64,000 nucleotides of DNA from Solirubrobacterales bacterium (GCA_047605325.1 JASGFX010000005.1:2561-66560); one strand, 5' to 3'; numbered from the stretch's first letter, positions 34,941 through 44,708 are shown. The notes: generated from the letters alone by a model not told the origin. Made by a program: numbers and translations.

Positions 34941-35429
34941 GTGGCCGCCAAGCCCAGCAAAGAGACTCCGAAGGACGCAGTGGCGAAGGCCGCGGGCGAC
35001 GCTGCGGGTCAGTACCTGCGCGAGCAGCGCGAGGCCGCGGCCGGTCCTGAAGTTCCGGCGACGACACGCCGTCGCGCCTCTTCCGATCCGCTGGCGGGCG
35101 AGCTTCGCAGGCAGCTTCTGCCGCTCCTCGTGCTGCACTTCGCCGCCGACGAGCCGACCTACGGAAACCAGCTGATCGACCGCATCACCGAGCTCACAGG
35201 CGGAGTGCTGACGGTCAATCCGAACACGATGTATCCACTGCTGCGCGATTTCGAAGCGCGCGGGCTGATCGAAGGGCAGTGGGAGCACCCGGAGCGTCGC
35301 AGCAGGCGTTTCTACTCCCTGACCGCGGACGGCGAGGCCGAACTCGCGCGGCTGCTGCCCGGGGCGAGCGAAGCGCTTGACTCGCTCGCCTCGACGATCA
35401 GTCAGATCAAGACCGCTCTGACGCCGTGA
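34941..35429 (+). CDS. PadR family transcriptional regulator
   Basis: LLPLLVLHFAADEPTYGNQLIDRI...TVNPNTMYPLLRDFEARGLIEGQWE...RRFYSLTADGEAEL. Confidence 0.8.
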   Translation: MAAKPSKETPKDAVAKAAGDAAGQYLREQREAAAGPEVPATTRRRASSDPLAGELRRQLLPLLVLHFAADEPTYGNQLIDRITELTGGVLTVNPNTMYPLLRDFEARGLIEGQWEHPERRSRRFYSLTADGEAELARLLPGASEALDSLASTISQIKTALTP

Positions 35430-35542
35430 ACGAACGTTCGTAAGCGGATATTCTTTCTGCTGTACGGACCGTTGCCGCGAATCGGAATCGCGAGCTTCCC
35501 CATGCGGTCCGCCTCTGTATATCCAGAAAGGTTTTTGCAGCA

Positions 35543-36709
35543 ATGGCAGTCATGACTGCGGCTGGCTCCCGGCCGCTCTTCGAAGACGTCCACGACGACT
35601 ACCGCGCGAGTTTTCGTCAGTTCCTCGAGCAGGAAGTGATCCCCAACCACGAGCAGTGGTCGAAGGACCACCTCGTTTCGCGTGAGCTCTTCACCAAGGC
35701 CGGCGAGCACGGCTTCATCGTGCCGTCGCTCGACGAGGAGTACGGCGGATTCGGTGTCGACGACTGGCGCTTCAACGCAGTCCTCGCCGAAGAGGCCGCC
35801 TACGCAGGCGTCGGCTCGTCCTGGATGGGCCCGATGGTCCACACCGACCTCGGCTTCCCGTACATCCGCGCCGCGGCCAACGACGAGCAGAAGGCTCGTT
35901 GGTACCCGAAGATCGCCTCCGGCGAGATGATCCTCGCGCTCGCGATGACCGAACCGGGCACCGGTTCCGACCTCTCGGCGATCTCGACCACCGCCGTCCG
36001 CGACGGCGACGACTACATCATCAACGGCGGCAAGACGTTCATCTCGAACGGCATCAACGCCGACGCCGTCGTCACCGCAGTCCGCACCAGCGAGGACCCG
36101 CACGCCGGCCTCTCGATGATCGTCATCGAGCGCGGCATGGAGGGCTTCGAGCGCGGAAACCAGATCCACAAGCGTGGCCAGCACGCCAACGACACGGCCG
36201 AGCTGTTCTTCAAGGACTGCCGCGTCCCGGCCGCCAACCTGCTCGGCGAGGAGGGCACCGGCTTCGCACAGCTGATGGCCCACCTGATCCCCGAGCGTCT
36301 CGGCCTCGCGGTCGCTTCAATGGCCGGTTCCGAGGCGGCTCTCGCGCTGACCCTCGACTACGTCAAGGAGCGCAAGGCGTTCGGTCGTCCGATCGGCACG
36401 TTCCAGAACTCGCGCTTCGTGCTCGCCGAGCTGCAGACGAAGGTCACGATCACGCGCGTGTGGCTCGACACGATCATCCAGAAGTTCGTCGACGGCACCT
36501 GCACCGTGCAGGAGGCCGCGATGGCCAAGTACTGGATCACCGACCTCGGCTGCGAAGTCGCCGACGCCGGCGTCCAGCTGTTCGGTGGCTACGGCTACAC
36601 CGAGGAGTACAAGATCAGCGAGTACTGGGTCGACGCACGCGTCAACCGCATCTACGCGGGCACCAACGAGATCATGAAGGAGCTCGTCGGCCGCTCGATG
36701 GGCCTCTAG
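35543..36709 (+). CDS. Acyl-CoA dehydrogenase
   Basis: 388 aa. AMTEPGTGSD, ISNG, and a C-terminal RIYAGTNEIMKELVGR. Confidence 0.9.
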   Translation: MAVMTAAGSRPLFEDVHDDYRASFRQFLEQEVIPNHEQWSKDHLVSRELFTKAGEHGFIVPSLDEEYGGFGVDDWRFNAVLAEEAAYAGVGSSWMGPMVHTDLGFPYIRAAANDEQKARWYPKIASGEMILALAMTEPGTGSDLSAISTTAVRDGDDYIINGGKTFISNGINADAVVTAVRTSEDPHAGLSMIVIERGMEGFERGNQIHKRGQHANDTAELFFKDCRVPAANLLGEEGTGFAQLMAHLIPERLGLAVASMAGSEAALALTLDYVKERKAFGRPIGTFQNSRFVLAELQTKVTITRVWLDTIIQKFVDGTCTVQEAAMAKYWITDLGCEVADAGVQLFGGYGYTEEYKISEYWVDARVNRIYAGTNEIMKELVGRSMGL

Positions 36710-36736
36710 TCCTCTCGTAGACAAGCCAGTTCCCTG

Positions 36737-36775
36737 CCAAACCTCCGCCCGATCGGGCGGAGGTTTGGCATTTAA
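36737..36775 (+). terminator. Intrinsic terminator
   Basis: CCAAACCTCCGCCC-GATC-GGGCGGAGGTTTGG followed by CATTTA. Confidence 0.65.
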
Positions 36776-36795
36776 AGGGCCTACTCTTCGGCCCC

Positions 36796-38748
36796 ATGAA
36801 CGTGACCAAAGCAGCCGTCGTCGGCGCCGGCACGATGGGCGGAGAGATCGCCTTCGTCGTCGCCACGGCAGGCATCCCCGTAGTCCTCAAGGACGTAGAC
36901 CAGAAGTTCATCGACCTCGGAATCGAGAAGGCCACCAGCCTGCTCGACCGTCAAGTTGAGAAGGGCCGCCTCGACGAGGCCGGCAAGCGGGCCGTGCTCG
37001 ACCTGATCGAGCCGGCGCTCGACTATTCGGCGTTCGGCGACGTCGACTTCGTGATCGAGGCAGTTCCCGAGAAGATGGCGATCAAGCAGGCCGTGTTCGC
37101 CGAGCTCGACGCCGCCACGCCCGGTCACGCGATCCTCGCCTCAAACACGTCGGCGCTCAGCATCGATGAGATCGGCGCCGCGACCACGCGCCCCGACAAG
37201 GTCGTCGGATTCCACTTCTTCTATCCGGCGAGCTTCAGCAAGCTCGTCGAGGTGATCGAGGGTGCCACCACATCTTCGGAGACCAGCACCGCCGCCTACA
37301 ACTTCGCGCAGAAGATCAAGAAGTCGCCGATCACCTGCGCCGACGCGCCCGGCTTCGTCGTCAACCGCGTGCTCACCGCGAGCCTCGGCGAAACCTTCCG
37401 CACGGCGGACGATCACGATCTCTCGCCCGAGCAGATCGACGCCGCGGTCGTCTCGATGAAGACTGCGCCGGTCGGACCGGCGACGCTCGTCGACACGCTC
37501 GGCCTCGACACAGTGCTGCACGTGATGGAACACCTGAACGATGAGCTCGGCGACACCTTCTACGTGGCCCCGAAGCTGAAGGAGCTGGTCGAGGCCGGCA
37601 ATCTCGGCGCGAAGACCGGCAAGGGCTTCTACGAGCCTGCCGGCCAGCCGGGCGAGCTGCCAGAAGTCGACCCGGCGGTCGCCGGCGAGCTCGCGCTGCG
37701 CAGCGGCCTCCGCGCGCTGGTCGAGGCGATCCTGATCGTCGAGGAGGCGGTCGGCAACGCCCGTGAGGTCGACCTCGGGATGATGATGGGCGCGGGCATC
37801 GTGCCCGGCCCGCTCGCACAGGCCGACAAACTCGGCCTCGACAACGCCCTGGCGGCGCTGGAGAGCGCAGAGAAGCAGTGGGGCGAAGGCTTCAAGGCCC
37901 CGACCCTGCTGAAGCGGCTTGTCGCTCAGGGGCGCACAGGTCGCGCCTCGGGCCAAGGCTTCTTCGCCTACCCGCAGGTTGAGTTCCCCGAGGACGGCGG
38001 CGTCGCGCTGGAGAAGCGCGGCAAGGTTGCGATCGCCTGGCTGAAGGTGAAGCCGGTCAATCCCGTCGGCGAGACGCTCCTCAGCGGCCTGAAGGCCGCC
38101 CACGAGGCCGCCGAGGCCGATCCGGAGATCAAGGCCATGGTGATCGCCAGCGCCAACAACGCGATCTTCTCGGCCGGCGCGGATCTCAAGGCCTTCGCCT
38201 CGATCGACGACGTCGGCACCGTGCTCGACGCAACCAACGCAGCTTTCAGCGCGCTCGGCACCGGCCGGGTGACCACGATCGCGGCGGTCAATGGCATGGC
38301 GCTCGGCGGCGGCTGCGAGCTGTCGCTGGCCTGCAACGTGCGCCTCGCCGGCGAATCGGCGAGCTTCGGCCTGCCCGAGATCACGCTCGGCATCCTGCCC
38401 GGCTTCGGCGGCACCCAGCGCCTCCCGCGCCTGGTCGGCAAGTCGCTGGCCTTCGAGATGATCAGCAGCGGCGAGGCGATCAGCGCCTGGCGCGCGCTCG
38501 AGGCCGGTCTCGTCTCGGATGTGCTGCCCGATCACGAGCTGTTCGACGCCGCCCTCGCGCTGGCCGAGCAACTCGCCGGTCAGGCGCAGGGCTCGATCGG
38601 CCTGATCAAGGGCGTGCTCGAGGATCCGACGCTCGAAGACGGCATCGCGCGCGAGCGCGCAGCGTTCGTCGAGGCCTTCAACTCGCCGGACGGCAAGGAG
38701 GGCGTGGCCGCCTTCCTGCAGAAGCGCCCGCCGAACTTCACGCAGTGA
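36796..38748 (+). CDS. Bifunctional 3-hydroxyacyl-CoA dehydrogenase / enoyl-CoA hydratase (FadN-type order: HADH N-terminal, ECH C-terminal)
   Basis: N-terminal Rossmann VVGAGTMGGEIA and SNTSALSI. C-terminal crotonase fold AAVNGMALGGGCELSLACNVRLA. Confidence 0.9.
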   Translation: MNVTKAAVVGAGTMGGEIAFVVATAGIPVVLKDVDQKFIDLGIEKATSLLDRQVEKGRLDEAGKRAVLDLIEPALDYSAFGDVDFVIEAVPEKMAIKQAVFAELDAATPGHAILASNTSALSIDEIGAATTRPDKVVGFHFFYPASFSKLVEVIEGATTSSETSTAAYNFAQKIKKSPITCADAPGFVVNRVLTASLGETFRTADDHDLSPEQIDAAVVSMKTAPVGPATLVDTLGLDTVLHVMEHLNDELGDTFYVAPKLKELVEAGNLGAKTGKGFYEPAGQPGELPEVDPAVAGELALRSGLRALVEAILIVEEAVGNAREVDLGMMMGAGIVPGPLAQADKLGLDNALAALESAEKQWGEGFKAPTLLKRLVAQGRTGRASGQGFFAYPQVEFPEDGGVALEKRGKVAIAWLKVKPVNPVGETLLSGLKAAHEAAEADPEIKAMVIASANNAIFSAGADLKAFASIDDVGTVLDATNAAFSALGTGRVTTIAAVNGMALGGGCELSLACNVRLAGESASFGLPEITLGILPGFGGTQRLPRLVGKSLAFEMISSGEAISAWRALEAGLVSDVLPDHELFDAALALAEQLAGQAQGSIGLIKGVLEDPTLEDGIARERAAFVEAFNSPDGKEGVAAFLQKRPPNFTQ

Positions 38749-38785
38749 TGGCGGCGCGGGAGTCGACACTCTGGCCCAGGCGCTC

Positions 38786-39511
38786 GTGAACGCCCGTAGC
38801 GCGGTCGTGCTGACCGGCGCGGGCGTTTCCGTGCCCAGCGGCATCCCCGACTTCAGAACCCCAGAGACCGGTATGTGGGCCAATGTCGACCCTATGGAGG
38901 TGGCGCATATCGACACCTTCCACCGCGATCCTGAACGCTTCTGGAGCTTCTACGGCGAGCGCTTCGCCTCGCTGGGCGACAAACGCCCCAACGGCGCGCA
39001 CGAGGTGCTCGTCGAGCTCGAGCGGCGCGGCCTGATCGACGCGGTGATCACCCAGAACATCGACCGGCTGCACCATATGGCCGGCACTGAGGATCTGATC
39101 GAGGTGCACGGGTCGATCGAGACTTCGCGCTGCCTGGACTGCGGGGCGACCTACGAGCTCGAGTGGGTGCGAGACCGGGCCGCGTCGGTCGGCGTTCCGC
39201 GCTGCACCGAGTGCGATGCGGCCTCGCCGCTCAAGCCTGACGTGGTGCTCTTTGGCGAGATGCTCCCCGAGGCCGCGATCCAGCGCGCCTTTGAGCTTGC
39301 CGGCGGCGCCGACCTGCTGATCGCGGTCGGCAGCTCGCTGGTCGTGCACCCGGTCGCCGGCCTGCCGCAGATCACGCTCAGGAGCGGGGGAGAGCTGGCG
39401 ATCGTCACTCAGGGGCCGACGCCCTATGACGACGAAGCCGTCGTGCGGCTTGACGGCGACGTCGAGGATGAGCTGCGCGGATTGCTTGCGGCCGTTGACG
39501 CGTTGGGTTGA
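38786..39511 (+). CDS. cobB: NAD-dependent protein deacylase (Sir2 family)
   Basis: GAGVSVPSGIPDFR, TQNIDRLH, Zn ribbon CxxC...CxxC (CLDCG...CTEC), GSSLVVHP. Confidence 0.85.
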   Translation: MNARSAVVLTGAGVSVPSGIPDFRTPETGMWANVDPMEVAHIDTFHRDPERFWSFYGERFASLGDKRPNGAHEVLVELERRGLIDAVITQNIDRLHHMAGTEDLIEVHGSIETSRCLDCGATYELEWVRDRAASVGVPRCTECDAASPLKPDVVLFGEMLPEAAIQRAFELAGGADLLIAVGSSLVVHPVAGLPQITLRSGGELAIVTQGPTPYDDEAVVRLDGDVEDELRGLLAAVDALG

Positions 39512-39515
39512 GGAG

Positions 39516-39823
39516 TTGACTGCCGTCTTGGGCGACCGGTTTCGGGTTGCTGTTGGTTGAGTGCGGGCGGCTTCGCCGCCAGCTATGAGGTGAGTGGATG
39601 GAGCCGTGGCAAGCCCCGAATCTTCCATGGTCTCTCCCGGCGGGAGAGACCATGGAGTAAAAGCCCAGTGTTCAAGCGGGATCCTGCTTCAACTCTGCGC
39701 GCGAAACGCAGAGTTGAAGGAAAGGACGGCTCAACCCAGCCGGACAACCTTCATCGCCGGCCGCGAAGCGGCCCACACTCAACTAGCTCGATCAATCAAA
39801 CCGCCGCCCAAGACGGCAGTCAA
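39516..39823. repeat. Full-length copy of the structured intergenic repeat family (308 bp, long imperfect palindrome)
   Basis: 19-bp TIRs TTGACTGCCGTCTTGGGCG / CGCCCAAGACGGCAGTCAA. The arms are roughly 75% identical as reverse complements (by eye). Central hairpin CCATGGTCTCTCCC-GGCG-GGGAGAGACCATGG and a second hairpin TTCAACTCTGCG-CGCGAAA-CGCAGAGTTGAA. Fills the gap between convergent genes. Confidence 0.85.
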
Positions 39824-39835
39824 CCACTCAAGCGG

Positions 39836-42115
39836 CTAGTCGCTCTTCCCAGTCTTCAGCTTCTTGTTCACGCGGATCGCGTAAGCCGATGGCTGGGTCG
39901 GGACCTCGGGGTTCTTGATCTTGCCGAGGTGGTCGAACAGGCGGTACCAGTCCTTCTTGGAGATGCGCTGGCCGGCGCCGGTGACCTTGCCGTTCTTGTT
40001 GATCGTTCCGCTGACGCGGAAGCCGACGTGGATGTGGTCGTTGTGGTCGCCCATCGCCATCGTCGCGCCGCCGAGGTCGAACATCGAGATGATCTGGTGC
40101 GGCTCGAGCACGCCCTGGAGGGTCATGATCTTGCGCACGACCTCTTCCATCAGGCCGCCCGGCTTGTTGTTGTCGATCATCGACTTGCCGTTGACCGCGG
40201 CGATGTCGACGGCCGTACCGGTTGTGTGCTCGGAGACGTTGCCCGAACTCGTCAGCACGCCGTGGCCGCTGATCAGGCTGGAGATGGTGGGGTGGTAGCC
40301 CTCGCTGTCGAGGAAGGCGATGACCGAGAGCACGCGGCGGTCGATCTGGCCGGCCTGAATGTCCTGGCGGCCGCCCTCGTAGATCTTGATCGACTTCTTG
40401 TGCAGGATGTAGCGCTCGAGCTCTTCCTTGCTCATCAGCAGGATCTGGCCGATCGTGCGGTCGCCGGACTTCGAGACCAGCGGGTTCAAGCCGATCGCGC
40501 GGTAGACGGCGGTCGAGTCGAGCAGCTTCCAACCGTCAAGGATCGGCTTCGGGTCGATGACCGGAGCGCCGGAACCAGCGGGGCGGACCTGGAAGTTGAT
40601 GTACGGCGTGCGGCCGTGGGCCTGCTCGCCGAGACGACCGATGATCGTGCCACCGATCAGCTTGGAGCCGACCTTCATCGGCTTGAGCACGACGTCTTCC
40701 TTCTTCAGGCCGTACGGACGGGCGAAGTAGTTGTCGAACGTCTCGTAGTCGCTCATCGCGGTGCCGGTGGTGACGTCGTAGGAGCCGTCGGCGCTGGTGC
40801 GCTCGCGCTCCGGGTGCGCGTAGATGCGCTCTTTGGTCGAGACGCGTGGACCGACGCGCTTGTTCGGGTCGGCGACGGCGGCGGCCTCAGCGGCCTCTTC
40901 CTCGGCGCTCGAACCGTCGCCGTTGGCGCGCGGCACGGGGTAGAGCTTTGAGAGCGATCCGAGGTTTCCGTACTTGTAGTGGTTGCCGTAGCTGTCCTCG
41001 AGGACGATGTAGTTGCCGTCCTTCTTGGTACGGCCCATGTCGACGACTGTCGAGTCCTGGACCGAGATGGCGGGCGCGTTCACTCGCGAGTAGATCTTGA
41101 TGCCGTTGCGGCGGCCTGAACCCTGAACCACAGATGCAGCGTTTCCGTTCTTGACCTTCTTGGGCTTCGTGCTGACGGCGCCCTTGTAGGTGGCGCGGGC
41201 GTAGACCGGGAAGTGACCCTGGGTCAAGCCGGTCAGCGAGTCGATCACGACGTCCGGGACACCGGCGATCAGCTTGGCGCGAAGCATCACCGAGTCGACG
41301 TACCACTGCGCGTGGTTGTAGGCGAAGATCGCGCGCTCGATGTCGCTGTGGCCACCGGCGGCCTTGAGGTACTTGGCAGCGGCGAAGATTGCGTCGACCG
41401 GGTTGTACGGATCCTTGACGCCGTCGTTGTTGCCGTCGACTCCGTACATCTCCCAGGTCGCGGGCATGAACTGCATCCAGCCGACCGCGCCGGCGGTGGA
41501 GACGTTGAGGTTGCGGCCGTAGTCGGTCTCGATCTCGTTGATCGCGGCGAGGATCTCCCAGCGCAGGCCGTACTGCGTGCCGGCGGCCTGGTAGATCGGA
41601 AGCAGGAAGGGCGGGATCTGGAACTGGCTGAGCACGAGGCTGGGGACGCTCGCGGTGCTGCTGCCGGTGTCATCGGCGACATCGAGCGGGTCCTCCGCCG
41701 TGGAAGTGCCACCGTTGGAGCCGCCGCCCGATCCGCCGCCGTCGCTGTCGACTGCGAGGTCCTTGTCGGTGGAGGTGCTCTTCTTCTTTGAAGTCGTCTT
41801 CTTCTTGGTGGTCGTCTTCTTGCTGTTGCTGTCGGACGAACCGGTCGAGCCGCTGCCGCTGCTGCCGGAGGATCCGCTGCTGCCCGATCCGGTGGTCGCT
41901 CCCGAGTCGCGCTTGGAGGAGCCAGTCGTGGTCGAGCCGGGCGTGGAGGTCTGCGACGGGGTGGTGCTGTCCGTGCCGTCGGGGACAAGACCGGGGCTCT
42001 CGCCGGAGGCGCCGGACTCGGCGTAAGCGGTGAACGAGCTGTAGAGCACGCCAAGCAGGGCGCATACGAGCGCCACGATGACGGCGGTAGTCCTGTTTGA
42101 AGGAATGCTCTTCAC
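39836..42115 (-). CDS. Secreted multidomain peptidoglycan hydrolase: lytic transglycosylase (SLT) + degenerate LytM (M23) + LAS/M15 (VanY-like) peptidase
   Basis: TM/signal, then a Ser/Thr/Gly-rich linker. SLT-like AVGWMQFMPATWEMYG. M23-like segments lacking the catalytic His residues (NYIVLEDSYGNHYKYGNL; TPYINFQVRP). M15 motif SEHTTGTAVDI plus DHIHV. Confidence 0.7.
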   Translation of the reverse strand: MKSIPSNRTTAVIVALVCALLGVLYSSFTAYAESGASGESPGLVPDGTDSTTPSQTSTPGSTTTGSSKRDSGATTGSGSSGSSGSSGSGSTGSSDSNSKKTTTKKKTTSKKKSTSTDKDLAVDSDGGGSGGGSNGGTSTAEDPLDVADDTGSSTASVPSLVLSQFQIPPFLLPIYQAAGTQYGLRWEILAAINEIETDYGRNLNVSTAGAVGWMQFMPATWEMYGVDGNNDGVKDPYNPVDAIFAAAKYLKAAGGHSDIERAIFAYNHAQWYVDSVMLRAKLIAGVPDVVIDSLTGLTQGHFPVYARATYKGAVSTKPKKVKNGNAASVVQGSGRRNGIKIYSRVNAPAISVQDSTVVDMGRTKKDGNYIVLEDSYGNHYKYGNLGSLSKLYPVPRANGDGSSAEEEAAEAAAVADPNKRVGPRVSTKERIYAHPERERTSADGSYDVTTGTAMSDYETFDNYFARPYGLKKEDVVLKPMKVGSKLIGGTIIGRLGEQAHGRTPYINFQVRPAGSGAPVIDPKPILDGWKLLDSTAVYRAIGLNPLVSKSGDRTIGQILLMSKEELERYILHKKSIKIYEGGRQDIQAGQIDRRVLSVIAFLDSEGYHPTISSLISGHGVLTSSGNVSEHTTGTAVDIAAVNGKSMIDNNKPGGLMEEVVRKIMTLQGVLEPHQIISMFDLGGATMAMGDHNDHIHVGFRVSGTINKNGKVTGAGQRISKKDWYRLFDHLGKIKNPEVPTQPSAYAIRVNKKLKTGKSD

Positions 42116-42509
42116 GATCCTTGACTCTTCAGCTCAGTGAAACCCGAACCGCACCGATCCATTCGGTGCCCCGCAGGAAACTCCCCACCTGCAGATTCCG
42201 GGTCTGCGAAAGATAGCGGCAAACCATGATGGTTTCCACAGAATCAGCGAAATCTGCAAGGGCAGATTCGTGGCCTTGGAAGCGGAATTCAGAGTTGAGC
42301 TGCATGCGTGTTTCAGTGTGTTTCCAGATAGCGAGATCGGCGGAGTTCGATCTGTCCGTATGCGAGACATCCGGTCCCGCTGCGGCAAGCGCTTGAGAGA
42401 CACATCGACACAACCCGGATCGACCTTAATCGCCGATATTTGAATTGGGTGTGAAGTTTCGGGGAAACCGACTCAAAACAGGGCCGAAATCCTCTATATA
42501 AGCCTCAAC

Positions 42510-42911
42510 TTGAACCTTAGAGTTTACCCTGGCGGGGGAAGATTGCGTATGCTGGGCGGAGCGATGGCAGATCGACAGGACAAACGCGCGCACGACGACG
42601 AACCCGACGGCATCGGCGGCCTGGTCGACGAACTCGCCAGCACCAGGCTGGTCGGCGATGCCCTGACCCGCATCGTCGAGACCGGCGAGAAGGCTTTTCG
42701 CGCCCAGCAGAGCGCACTGAGCGCGTTGGGGCTGCCATCGGGGTCGCAGTTCGAGAGCCTTACGCTGCGCGTGCGGACGATCTTCCACCGTCTTGAAGAA
42801 CTCGAGGACGAGATCGACCGCCTCTCTGCGCGCGTGGCCGCGCTCGAAGCGAAGTCGGCGCCCAAGCGTGGCGCGAGCCGCGCACCGAAGACCTCGCGCC
42901 GAGCAAAGTAG
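42510..42911 (+). CDS. Hypothetical coiled-coil protein (phasin-like pattern)
   Basis: 133 aa. Heptad-like RLEELEDEIDRLSARVAALEAK and a basic tail. No firm family assignment. Confidence 0.35.
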   Translation: MNLRVYPGGGRLRMLGGAMADRQDKRAHDDEPDGIGGLVDELASTRLVGDALTRIVETGEKAFRAQQSALSALGLPSGSQFESLTLRVRTIFHRLEELEDEIDRLSARVAALEAKSAPKRGASRAPKTSRRAK

Positions 42912-42945
42912 AGTTCTGCCCGTCATGCCGACGGGAGAACTCTGA

Positions 42946-43734
42946 ATGCGCGCCGGTCTCTTTCCCGGACAGGGAAGCCAGACGCCCGACATGCCGGTGG
43001 ACACGGCTGGTCAGCAGCCTGCGATGTTCGCCCGTTCGGTCCAGAGCTTCCAGGATGCCGGGGTCGAGTGCGACTACTTCCTCGGCCACTCGCTCGGTTC
43101 GTACGCGGCACTCGTCGCGGCTGGATCGATGAGCGCCGCCGACGGTGAGCGCGTGGTCAGAGAGCGCGGTCTGGCGATGGCAGCAGCCGCAAAAGAGCCT
43201 CCCGGCGCGATGATCGCTCTGCTCGGATGTTCGCCTGAAGGCGCGGCCGAGCTCGCAGCGCAGTACGACCTCACCGTCGCCAACGACAACGCCCCCGGGC
43301 AGATCGTGCTGACCGGGGCGATGGCCGGCGTCGAGGCGATCGAATCCGCCGAGCCCGCCGACCCGACGGCCGGCGACGATGCGCGCGGGCTGCGATTCAA
43401 GCGCCTGCCGGTATCCGGCGCGTTCCACTCACCGTTGATCGAGTCGGCCGCGGTGAGGCTTTCGGCCGCGCTCGCCGATGTCGAGTTCGGCGACGCCTCG
43501 AAGGTGATCGCCAACGGGACGACCGAGCCCTACGTGAACCCCCGCGAAGAACTCGCCGCCGAATTGCTCGGGCCGGTGCGCTTTCGCGAGTGCCTGCTCA
43601 AGCTGTGGGATCTCGGAGTGACTGAGTTCGTCGAATTCGAGCCCGGCGGGGTGCTGACCGGCTTGGTCAAGCGCACGCTGCCCGAGGCGAAGCGCTTCAA
43701 GATCGCCGACTTCCTCGTCGCGGAAGCGAGCTGA
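42946..43734 (+). CDS. fabD: Malonyl-CoA:ACP transacylase
   Basis: FPGQGSQ near the N-terminus, GHSLGSYAAL nucleophile elbow, SGAFHSPL. Shorter than usual at 262 aa. Confidence 0.85.
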   Translation: MRAGLFPGQGSQTPDMPVDTAGQQPAMFARSVQSFQDAGVECDYFLGHSLGSYAALVAAGSMSAADGERVVRERGLAMAAAAKEPPGAMIALLGCSPEGAAELAAQYDLTVANDNAPGQIVLTGAMAGVEAIESAEPADPTAGDDARGLRFKRLPVSGAFHSPLIESAAVRLSAALADVEFGDASKVIANGTTEPYVNPREELAAELLGPVRFRECLLKLWDLGVTEFVEFEPGGVLTGLVKRTLPEAKRFKIADFLVAEAS

Positions 43735-43739
43735 TCGAC

Positions 43740-44708
43740 GTGGCCGAGCTCTTCAAGGCCGGAATGCTCGGCTATGGCTGCGCGCAACCGAGCAAGGTCG
43801 TCAGCTCCGAAGAGGTGGCCGCGCGCTACGACCTCACCAAGGATTGGATCGTCGAGCGCACCGGCGTCGAGTCGCGCCGCGTGCTCGATCCTGAAAAGAA
43901 CGAGTCGCTGCTCGATCTCGTGGCGGCATCGTCGCGCGACGCGCTGGCGGTGGCCGGACGCGATGCGAGTGAGGTCGACCTCGTGGTTGTCGCCACGATC
44001 ACGCCCGACAACGTCTTTCCGGCACAAGCCGTCTCGCTGGCCGAGGCCGTCGGCGTGCCGCAGCGCGCAGTGGTCTACGACCTCTCGGCCGCATGCACCG
44101 GATTCGTCACCGCGCTCGGACAGGCGGCTGCCGCGATCGAGACAGGTCGCAGCAGGCTCGCGCTCGTGGTCGGCGGCGACGCGCTCTCGCGCATTACGCC
44201 CTACGACGATCCCAAGAGTGCCCCGTTGTTCGGCGATGCCGCCGGCGCGGTGGTGGTCGGTCCGGTCGGGCGCGGCGGGATCGGCGCGCTGATCGGCGGC
44301 TACGACCATCAGCATCGGATTCTTTACGCGGACCCTGACGACGGCGACGTCATCCGCATGCGCGGCCGCGAGACCTACACGCACGCGGTGGCGCGCATGA
44401 GCGAGGTCATCCTCGAATCACTCGAGGCGCGCGGCAAGACGCTCGACGACGTCGCGCTGCTCGTGCCACACCAGGCAAACATCCGCATCGTCCAGGCCGT
44501 CGGCGAGAAGCTCGGAATCGACAACTCGCGCGTCTCCGCCCAGATCGCGGACGTCGGCAACACATCGGCGGCTTCGATCCCGGTCGCGCTTCGCCGCGAG
44601 TACGAAGCTGGCAGGCTGGCCGACGGCGGGCTGATCGCGATGGCCGGCTTCGGCGGAGGCTTCGTCTATTCAGCGATCACCGCTGAGATCGAGGGGATTG
44701 CGCCGTGA
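43740..44708 (+). CDS. fabH: 3-oxoacyl-ACP synthase III
   Basis: Active-site AACTGF, HQANIRI, GNTSAASIP. Confidence 0.9.
   Translation: MAELFKAGMLGYGCAQPSKVVSSEEVAARYDLTKDWIVERTGVESRRVLDPEKNESLLDLVAASSRDALAVAGRDASEVDLVVVATITPDNVFPAQAVSLAEAVGVPQRAVVYDLSAACTGFVTALGQAAAAIETGRSRLALVVGGDALSRITPYDDPKSAPLFGDAAGAVVVGPVGRGGIGALIGGYDHQHRILYADPDDGDVIRMRGRETYTHAVARMSEVILESLEARGKTLDDVALLVPHQANIRIVQAVGEKLGIDNSRVSAQIADVGNTSAASIPVALRREYEAGRLADGGLIAMAGFGGGFVYSAITAEIEGIAP

Noticed and set aside
42116-42430. A c-di-AMP (ydaO) riboswitch upstream of the cell-wall hydrolase.
   Set aside because: The genomic context fits, but I could not locate the conserved ydaO core strings as I recall them (GGGGACCCA, GGGGUGAAUC, CAGCUAACCUCGUAAGCG). 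It is reported only as an unclassified structured leader pending cmsearch.
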